64,000 nucleotides of DNA. It comes from Chrysemys picta bellii (taxonomy: Eukaryota). The position numbers and the translations under genes were made by a program. Numbering within the stretch: the first letter of the stretch is position 1; every line of letters starts with the position of its first letter. Where the stretch lies: positions 191,084,001 to 191,148,000 of the forward strand of contig NC_088791.1 in NCBI RefSeq assembly GCF_011386835.1, in the 5' to 3' direction. Below the pieces are notes generated by a model that had not been told where the DNA came from, made no database searches, and worked only from the letters and a program-made list of their open reading frames with translations. Below, in pieces: positions 36,001-45,733 of this stretch.

Positions 36001-39000
36001 AAACATTCAGAAGCTACCCCAGAATCTTTACACCTTACAGACTTGAAAGATTCTGGAAAAACTCCGGGACCTGAGATGATGATGCAAATTAAAGATTCAA
36101 AAACAATTCAAAAATCGGAGCCCGTCACTCTGGTGAAAGATTCTGAAGCTAGTCGAGAATTGCTGCATATAGTGGTAAAAGATTTGCAATCAACTCTAGA
36201 ACCTGAGACTGTGACAGTGGTGAAAGATTTGAAGGAAACTCTAGAGTGTGAGATGGTGGTGGCGAAAGATTTGGAAACAACCCTAAAATCTGAAGTAGTC
36301 ATGGATGTAAAGCATTCTAAGGCTGCTCCAGAATCTTTGTATAAAGCAAAGGTAAAGGATTCAGAAGCAGTTCCAGAATCTCTCTGCTCATCGAAGGTGA
36401 AAGTTCCAGAACCTGCTCTAGAATTGGAGGCGGCAGCAAAAGTGAAAGATTTGAAAGAAACCCTAGAATCTAAGGTCATGGTAGATGTGAAAGATTTGGA
36501 AGCTGCTTCAGAATCTGTGGTCAGGATGAAGGTAAAAGATTTGGAAGAAATTCCAGAACATTGGCAGCCAGTGGATGTGAAAATTTTGGAAGCATCTCTG
36601 GAATCTGAGGAAACAGAAGAAGTAAAATATTCAGAAGCAACTCCAGAAGCGCAGGTGTTGACAGAGACGAAAGATTTGGAAGAAACTCTGGAAACTCTGT
36701 ACACTGCAGAGGTGGAGGAGTTGGAAAAAATTACAGAATCTATGCCAATGGTAGAGGTGAAAGAATCTGAGGCTGTGACGGATCTGAAATTCTCAGCAAC
36801 AACTCTAAAATCTGATAAAACAGTGGAGGTGAAAATTTTGGAAGATACACCAGAATCTTTGACAGTGGAAAAGATACAAAATTCAAAAGCATATGTAGAA
36901 TCTCTGCACACTGAGGAAATGAAAGATTTGGAAGCAGATCTAGAAGCTGAGGCTGCAACAGATCTGAAGGATTTGGAAGAAACTTCAGGCACTGTGCAGG
37001 TGAAATATTCAGAAGCAGTTTTGAAATCTGTGGGCATAGCAGAGAGAAAACATTTGGAAACAACTGTAGAAAGTCCTAATGCAGTGCTAGATTTGGAAAC
37101 AGTTTTAGAATCTCAGCACATTGTGGATCTGAAATTTCCGGAAACTCCTGAGATTCCTGAGTTAACAGTGGAGGTGAAAGATTCTGAAGCAGCTCTAGAA
37201 TCTGAGGCTATTACAGAGGTATTGCGACCTATTCCAGAGTCTGTGGCCACGGTGGAGGTGAAAGATTTGAAAGCAGTTCCAGATTCTCTTCACACAGTAA
37301 ACATGAATAACTTGGAAGCAACTCCAGAATTGGCGGCAGCTGCAAAGGTGAAAGACTTGGAAGCAGCTCCAGAATCTGTGGTGGCAATAGCAGAGGTGAA
37401 GGATTTACAAGCAGCTCCAGAATCGGCAGCAGTGGCGAAAGATTTGGAAGCAGCTCCAGAATATGTGGTGATGCTGGCAGAGGTGAAAGATTCAGAAGTA
37501 GTTCCAGATTCTCTGCATACCATAGATGTGAAAGATTCTAAAACAATTCCAGAATCTGTGGTAGTGGTTTCAGAGGCGAAGGATTCAGAAGCCGCTCCAG
37601 AATCTGTGGCGGCAGTGGCAGAGTTGAAATACTCAGAAACATGTCCAGAATCTGTGGTGGTGACTGCAGAAATGAAAGATTTAGAAGCAGCTCTGAAATC
37701 TGTGATGGTGGCAGAGATGAAGGATTTGAGAGCAGCTCCAAAATCTTTGGCTGTAGAGGTGACAGATTTGGAACCAGCGCCAGATATTCTGCGTCCTGTA
37801 GATGTGAAAGATTCTGGATCAACTACAGAATCTGTGATAGCAGCTGAAGAGGTGACAGATTTGGAAGCCGCTCCAGATTTTCTGCACACTGAAGATGTGA
37901 AAGATTCTGAAAGAACTCCACTATCTGTGGTAGTGGCTGCAGAGGTGAAAGATTCAGAAGCTGCTCCAGAATCTGTTGTGACAGTGGCAGAGTTGAAATA
38001 CTCAGAAACAAGTCCGGAATCTGTGGTGGCTACTGCAGAAATGAAAGATTTAGAAGCCGTTCTGGAATCTGTGGCAGTGGCAGAGGTGAAGGATTTGCAG
38101 GCTGCTTCAGATGCTGTGGTGGCGGTGACAGAGGTGAAAGATTTGAAAGCATCTCCAGAATCTTTGGCAGCGGTGGCAGCAGAAGTGACAGATTTGGAAG
38201 CAGCTCCGGATTTTCTGTGTACTGTAGATGTGAAAGATTCTGGAACAACTGCAGAATCTGTGATAGCAGCTGAAGAGGTGACAGATTTGGAAGCAGCTCC
38301 AGATTTTCTGCACACTGAAGATGTGAAAGATTCTGAAAGAACTCCACAATCTGTGGTAGTGGCTGCAGAGGTGAAAGATTCAGAAGCTGCTCCAGAATCT
38401 GTTGTGACAGTGGCAGAGGTGAAATACTCAGAAACAAGTCCGGAATCTGTGGTGGCTACTGCAGAAATGAAAGATTTAGAAGCCGTTCTGGAATCTGTGG
38501 CAATGGCAGAGGTGAAGGATTTGCAGGCTGCTACAGATGCTGTAGTGGTGGTGGCAGAGGTGAAAGATTTGAAAGCTGTTCCAGTTTCTCTGGTGGCGGT
38601 GGCAGACGTAGAAGAGTCAGAAGGCACTCCAAAATCTGTGGGGGTGGCTGCAGAGATGAAAGATTTGGAAGCAGCTCCAGAATCTGTGGTGACCATGGCA
38701 GAGGTGAAAAATTTGGAAGCACCTCCAGATTCTTGGTATACAGTGTACGTTAAAGATCCAGAAACAACTCAAGAATCTGTGGCAGTGACAGCAGAGGTGA
38801 AGGATTCAGAAGCAACTCCAGCATTTGGGGCGATGGCGGCAGAGGCGAAAAATTCAGAAGCAGCTTCAGAATCTGTGGCAGTAGCGGCAGAGGTGAAGGA
38901 TTTGCAAGCTGCTCCAGATTCTCTGGTGGCAGTGGCAGAGGTAGAAGATTCAGAAGCAGCTAGTGTTTCTCTGCATACTTTAGGTGTGAATGATTCAGAA

Positions 39001-42000
39001 GCAGCTCCAGAATCTGTGGTGGCTATGGCAGAGGTGAAAAATTTGGAAACATCTCCAGATTCTCTGTATACACTGTATGTTAAAGATTCAGAAACTACTC
39101 AAGAATCTGTGACAGTGACAGCAGAGGTGAATGATTCGGAAGCAACTCCAGCATTTGGGCCAGTGGCGGAAGAGGTGAAAAATTTGGGAGTGGCTCCAGT
39201 ATCGGTGGTGGCTGTGGCAGCGGTGGAAGTTTCGGGAGTGGCTCCGGAATTGGTGGTGGTTGTGGCAGAGGCAAAAGATTCCGAAGCGGCTCCAGGATCT
39301 GTGGCAGAAGTGAAGAATGATGATCTTTTTAAAAAAAAGAAAGCACATGAAAAAAGTAACAAGAGTAGTGATAAACATAAACAAGATGCAAAGAAATTAA
39401 AAAGGAGTAAATCTAAATCTCTTTCACGATCCAGGAAGCGGAAAAAAAAGTCCAGGTCACGTTCTGTTTCTAAACATTTGAAATATAAAAGAGCAAGGTC
39501 TAGGAGCAGAAACTACTCAGATTCCAGAAAGAACCATTCCACATCTTATGACAAGTCTAGATCCAGATCTGTGGAAAAAAGAGGGGGCAAAGACTCTTCC
39601 TGGAGGTCCAGACGCAGGCGCTCCAGGTCCTCTGATGGTCTCAAGTCAAGATCCAGATCCATTGATAAAAGGGAAGGCAAAGACTCTTCCTGGAGGTCTA
39701 GACGCAGGCGCTCCAGGTCCTCTGATCGTCTCAAGTCTAAATCCAGATCTGTTGAAAAAAGAGAGGGCAAAGATTCTTCACGGAGGTCTAGACGCAGACG
39801 CTCCAGGTCCTCTGATCGCCTCAAGTCTAGATCCCGATCTGTTGAAAAAAGAGAGCGCAAAGATTCTTCACGGAGGTCTAGACGCAGACGCTCCAAGTCC
39901 TTGGATCGTCTCAAGTCTAGATCCAGATCTGTTGAGAAAAAAGGGCACAAAGACTCTTCCTGGAGGTCCAGACGCAGACGCTCCAAGTCCTCTGATCGTC
40001 TCAAGTCTAGATCCAGATCTGTTGAAAAAAGAGAGCGCAAAGAGTCTTCACGGAGGTCTAGGCGCAGACGCTCCAAATCCTCTGATCGTTTCAAGTCCAG
40101 ATCCAGATCCAGATCTTTTGAAAAAAGAGGTGGCAAAGAATCTTCCTGGTGGTCCAGACGCAGACGCTCCAAGTCCTCTGATCGTTTCAAGTCCAGATCC
40201 AGATCCAGATCGGTTGAAAAAAGAGGTGGCAAAGAATCTTCCTGGAGGTCTAGACGCAGACGCTCCAAATCCTCTGATCGTCTCAAATCAAAATCCAGAT
40301 CCAGATCTGTTGAAAAAAGAGGTGGCAAAGAATCTTCCTGGAGGTCTAGACGCAGACGCTCCAAGTCCTCTGATCGTCTCAAATCAAAATCCAGATCCAG
40401 ATCTGTTGAAAAAAGAGGTGGCAAAGAATCTTCCTGGAGGTCCAGACGCAGACGCTCGAAATCCTCTGATCGTCTCAAGTCAAGATCGAGATCTGTTGAA
40501 AAAAGAGGGGGCAGGGACTCTTCATGGCGGTCTAAACGTAGACGTTCCAAGTCCTCGGATCGTCTCAAATCTAGATCCAAATCTGTTGAAAAAAGAGGGG
40601 GCAGAGACTCTTCACGGAGGTCTAAACGTAGACGCTCCAAATCCACCGATCATCGCAAATCTAGATCCAAATCTGTTGAAAAAATAGGTAGTAAAGAGTC
40701 TTCACGGAAGTCGAAACGTAGACGTTCCAAGTCCTCTGATCGTCTCAAATCTAGATCCAAATCTATTGAAAAACTAGGAAGCAAAGCGTCTTCATGGAGG
40801 TCCAGACGCAGATGCTCGAAATCTTTTGATGGTCTAAAGTCTAGATCTAGATCCAAATCTGTTGGAAAAAGACAGAGCAAGGAGTCTTCACAGAGATCTA
40901 GAAGTAAACACTCCAAGTCTTTTGAACATCACAAATCTAGATCCAAATCTGTTGAAAGAATAGAGGTACAGGAACCTTCACGGAGGTCTCGAAGTAGCCA
41001 CTCCAAGTCTTCTGAGCCTCACAAGTCCAGATCCAAATCTGTTGAAGAAATAGAGGTACAGGAACCTTCACAGAGATCTCGAAGTAGCCGCTCCAAGTCT
41101 TCTGAATGTAACAAATCTAGATCCAAATCTGTTGAAGAAATAGAGGCTCAGGAGCCTTCACTGAGGTCTCGAAATAGCCACTCCAAGTCTTCTGAATGTC
41201 ATATGTATAGATCCAAATCTGTTGACGAAATAGTGGTTCAGGAGCCTTCACAGAGGTTTCGAAGTAGCCGCTCCAAGTCCTTGGAACATCAACAATCTAG
41301 ATCCAAATCTGTTGAAGAAATAGAGGGCAAAGAATTGTCACAGAGGTCTCAAAGTAACCGCTTCAAGTTTTCTGAATGTCACGAGTCCAGATCAAAATCT
41401 GTTGAAGAAATAATGGTTCAAGAGCCCGCACAGAGGTCTCGAAGTAGCCGCTCCAAGTCTTCTGAGCCTCACAAGTCCAGATCCACATCTGTTGAAGAAA
41501 TAGAGGCTCAGGAGCCTTCACTGAGGTCTCGAAGTAGCCACTCCAAGTCTTCTGAACGTTGCACGTCTAGATCCAAATCAGTTGAAGAAATAGAGGTGCA
41601 GGAGCCTTTACAGAGGTCTCGAAGTAGCCGCTCCAAATCTTCTGAACATCTCCAGTCTAGATCCAAATCAGTTGAAGAAATAGAGGTGCAGGAGCCTTTA
41701 CAGAGGTCTCAAAGCAGCCGCTCCAAGTCTTCTGAACGTGTCACGTCTAAATCCAAATCTGTTGAAGAAATAGAAGCTCAGGAGCCTGCAGAGAGGTCTC
41801 AAAGGAGCCGCTCTGAGTCTTTGGAACGTCAAATGTCTAGATCCAAATCTGTTGAAAAAGTAGAATGCAAAGATTCTTCACAGAGGTCTCGAAGTAGCCG
41901 CTCCAAGTCTTCTGAACGTGTCACGTCTAAATCCAAATCTGTTGAAGAAATAGAAGCTCAGGAGCCTGCAGAGAGGTCTCAAAGGAGCCGCGCTGAGTCT

Positions 42001-45000
42001 TTGGAACGTCAAATGTCTAGATCCAAATCTGTTGAAAAAGTAGAATGCAAAGATTCTTCACAGAGGTCTCGAAGTAGCCGCTCCAAGTCTTCTGAACGTG
42101 TCACGTCTAAATCCAAATCTGTTGAAGAAATAGAAGCTCAGGAGCCTGCAGAGAGGTCTCAAAGGAGCCCCTCTGAGTCTTTGGAACGTCAAATGTCTAG
42201 ATCCAAATCTGTTGAAAAAGTAGAATGCAAAGATTCTTCACAGAGGTCTCGAAGTAGCCGCTCCAAGTCTTCTGAACGTCACACATCCAGATCCAAATCT
42301 GTTGAAGAAATAGAGGTTGAGGAGCCTTCACAGAGGTCTCGAAGGAGCCGCTCCAAGTCTTCTGAACGTGTCACGTCTAAATCCAAATCTGTTGAAGAAA
42401 TAGAAGCTCAGGAGCCTGCAGAGAAGTCTCGAAGCAGCCGCTCCGAGTCTTCTGAATGTCTCACATCTAGATCCAAATCTGTTGAAGAAATAGAGGTTGA
42501 GGAGCCTTCACAGAGGTCTCGAAGTAGCCGCTCCAAATCTTCTGAACGTCACACATCCAGATCCAATTCTGTTGAAGAAATAGAGGTTGAGGAGCCTTCA
42601 CAGAGGTCTCGAAGGAGCCGCTCCAAGTCTTCTGAACGTCACAAGTCCAGATCCAAATCTGATGAAGAAATGGAGGTTCAGGAGCTTTCACTTAGGTCTC
42701 GAAGTAGCCGCTCCAAGTCTTCTGAACGTGTCACGTCTAAATCCAAATCTGTTGAAGAAATAGAAGCTCAGGAGCCTGCAGAGAGGTCTCAAAGCAGCCG
42801 CTCTGAGTCTTTGGAACGTCAAATGTCTAGATCCAAATCTGTTGAAAAAGTAGAATGCAAAGATTCTTCACAGAGGTCTCGAAGTAGCCGCTCCAAATCT
42901 TCTGAACGTCACACATCCAGATCCAAATCTGTTGAAGAAATAGAGGTTGTGGAGCCTTCACCGAGGTCTCGAAGTAGCCGCTCCAAGTCTTCTGAACGTG
43001 TCAAGTCCAGATCCAAATCTGTTGAAGAAATAGAGGTTCAGGAGCTTTCACAGAGGTCTCGAAGTAGCCGCTCCAAGTCTTCTGAACGTGTCAAGTCCAG
43101 ATCCAAATCTGATGAAGAAATGGAGGTTCAGGAGGTTTCACAGAGGTCTCGAAGTAGCCGCTCCAAATCTTCTGACGGTCACAAGTCCAGATCCAAATCT
43201 GTTGAAGAAATAGAGGTTGCGGAGCCTTCACAGAGGTCTCGAAGTAGCCGCTCCAAGTCTTCTGAACGTCACAAGTCCAGATCCAAATCTGATGAAGAAA
43301 TGGAGGTTCAGGAGCTTTCACAGAGGTCTCAAAGTAGCCGCTCCAAATCTTCTGAACATCGCATGTCTAGATCCACATCTGTTGAAGAAATAGAGGTTGA
43401 GGAGCCTTCACAGAGGTCTCGAAGCAGCCGCCCGGAGTTCTTGGAACGTCAAAAGTCTAGATCCAAATCTGTTGAAAAAGTAGAATGCAAAGATTCTTCA
43501 CAGAGGTCTCGAAGTAGCCGCTCCAAATCTTCTGAACGTCACACATCCAGATCCAAATCTGTTGAAGAAATAGAGGTTGTGGAGCCTTCACCGAGGTCTC
43601 GAAGTAGCCGCTCCAAGTCTTCTGAACGTGTCAAGTCCAGATCCAAATCTGTTGAAGAAGTAGAGGTTGCGGAGCCTTCACCGAGGTCTCGAAGTAGCCG
43701 CTCCAAGTCTTCTGAACGTGTCACGTCTAAATCCAAATCTGTTGAAGAAATAGAAGCTCAGGAGCCTGCAGCGAGGTCTCAAAGCAGCCGCTCTGAGTCT
43801 TTGGAACGTCAAATGTCTAGATCCAAATCTGTTGAAAAAGTAGAATGCAAAGATTCTTCACAGAGGTCTCGAAGCAGCCGCCCGGAGTCCTTGGAACGTC
43901 ACAAGTCCAGATCCAAATCTGATGAAGAAATGGAGGTTCAGGAGCTTTCACTTAGGTCTCGAAGTAGCCGCTCCAAGTCTTCTGAACGTGTCACGTCTAA
44001 ATCCAAATCTGTTGAAGAAATAGAAGCTCAGGAGCCTGTAGAGAGGTCTCAAAGCAGCTGCTCTGAGTCTTTGGAACGTCAAATGTCTAGATCCAAATCT
44101 GTTGAAAAAATAGAGGGCAAAGATTCTTCACCGAGGTCTCGAAGTAGCCGCTCCAAAACTTCTGACAGTCACAAGTCCAGATCCAAATCTGTTGAAGAAG
44201 TAGAGGTTGCGGAGCCTTCACAGAGGTCTCGAAGTAGCCGCTCCAAGTCTTCTGAACGTGACAAGTCCAGATCCAAGTCTGATGAAGAAATGGAGGTTCA
44301 GGAGCTTTCACAGAGGTCTCGAAGTAGCCGCTCCAAATCTTCTGAACATCGCATGTCTAGATCCACATCTGTTGAAGAAATAGAGGTTCAGCAACTTTCA
44401 CAGAGGTCTCGAAGCAGCCGCCCGGAGTCCTTGGAACGTCAAAAGTCTAGATCCAAATCTGTTGAAAAAATAGAGGGCAAAGATTCTTCACCGAGGTCTC
44501 GAAGTAGCCGCTCCAAAACTTCTGACAGTCACAAGTCCAGATCCAAATCTGTTGAAGAAGTAGAGGTTGCGGAGCCTTCACCGAGGTCTCGAAGTAGCCG
44601 CTCCAAGTCTTCTGAACGTGTCAAGTCGAGATCCAAATCTGTTGAAGAAATAGAGGTTGCAGAGCCTTCACAGAGGTCTCGAAGTAGCCGCTCCAAGTCT
44701 TCTGAACGTCACAAGTCCAGATCCAACTCTGTTGAAGAAATAGAGGTTCAGGAGCCTTTACAGAGGTCTCGAAGTAGCCGCTCCAAGTCTTCTGAACGTG
44801 TCAAGTCCAGATCCAAATCTGTTGAAGAAATAGAAGTTGCGGAGCCTTCACAGAGGTCTCGAAGTAGCCGCTCCAAGTCTCCTGAACTTCAAAAGTCCAG
44901 ATCCAAATCTGTTGAAAAAATAAAGGGCAAAGATTCTTCGCAGAGGTCTCGGAGTAGCTGCTCCAAATCTCCTGAACTTCAGAAGTCTAGATCCAAATCT

Positions 45001-45733
45001 GTTGAAAAAATAAAAGGCAAAGATTCTTCACAGAGGTCTCGGAGTAGCCGCTCCAAGTCTCCTGAACTTCAAAAGTCTAGATCGAAATCTGTTGAAAAAA
45101 CAAAGGGCAAAGCGTCTTCACACAGGTCTAGAAGAAAACGCTCCAAATCTTCTGAACGTCACAAGTCTAGGTCCAAATCAGTTGAAAAAGTAGAGGGCAA
45201 AGAGTCTTCACAGAGGTCTAGAAGTAAGCGTTCTAAATCCTCTGAACGCAAACCACAAAAACATGATAGTGAATCGCGGTCTAGACGAAATCGGTCTCGG
45301 TCAGTAACACGTAAAAGACTGTCAAAATCTAAATCTAATCATCGATCTCGGACACGCTCTCTATCACGTTCAAGACACAGAAGGAGGAGTCGGTCAAGAT
45401 CAGTGTCGAAAAGGAGACGGTCTTTATCAAGAGAGAGACACAAAAGATCTCAAAGGAATAGATCAAGGTCTGCTGATAGAAGAAGAAGAAGATCAAACTC
45501 AAGGGATCACCGAATAGTGCTCAGGTTACGGACCAGAAGTCGAACACCTATTCGACGAAAACGGTCTAGGTCAGTGGGAAGAAGACGAAGCTCTAGCAAA
45601 TCACCAGTTCGACTAAGACGATCAAGATCACCTGGGAGAAGAAGATGCTATAGCAGATCACCTGACCGTCAGAGAAGGTCCAGATCATCCGATAAGTTTT
45701 CAAGCAGATCACCTAAACGTCTTACAGACTTAG
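33005..45733 (+). CDS. SON: SON exon 3, giant 12,729-nt internal exon (poly-Lys tract, acidic repeat array, RS repeat array, terminal RS domain)
   Basis: Acceptor poly-T taag| and donor G|gtaagt. Stop-free 4,244-codon ORF, frame-compatible with exons 2 and 4. Starts with a SON-type Lys tract and ends SPVRLRRSR...RSPKRLTDL. Confidence 0.95.
33691..39318 (+). repeat. Degenerate coding tandem array, roughly 120 units of 13-16 aa, consensus about KD(L/S)EA(A/T)PES(V/L)xxxAEV
   Basis: GAGGTGAAAGAT(T/TT)..GAAGCA.CTCCAGAATCTGTG recurs every 39-48 nt. Unit count is estimated from span divided by mean unit length. Confidence 0.9.
39556..45252 (+). repeat. Coding tandem array of 63 units of 90 nt (30 aa; five units of 96 nt), RS/RSKS-rich
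   Basis: The anchor codon of SVE(E/K) falls at 39571, 39661 ... 45181, giving 57 intervals of 90 nt and 5 of 96 nt. Confidence 0.97.

Noticed and set aside
33579-40916. Long antisense ORFs over SON exon 3 (640, 309, 468 and 366 aa) and the alternative plus-frame ORF 39548-40687
   Set aside because: They are shadows of the sense repeats: low-complexity codon usage lacks antisense stops, and the peptides (TSDS.., DLDLRRSEDL..) simply mirror the repeat units.
39556-45252. Regular array superficially like a CRISPR or non-coding satellite
   Set aside because: No unique spacers, vertebrate context, and all variation preserves the SON reading frame.
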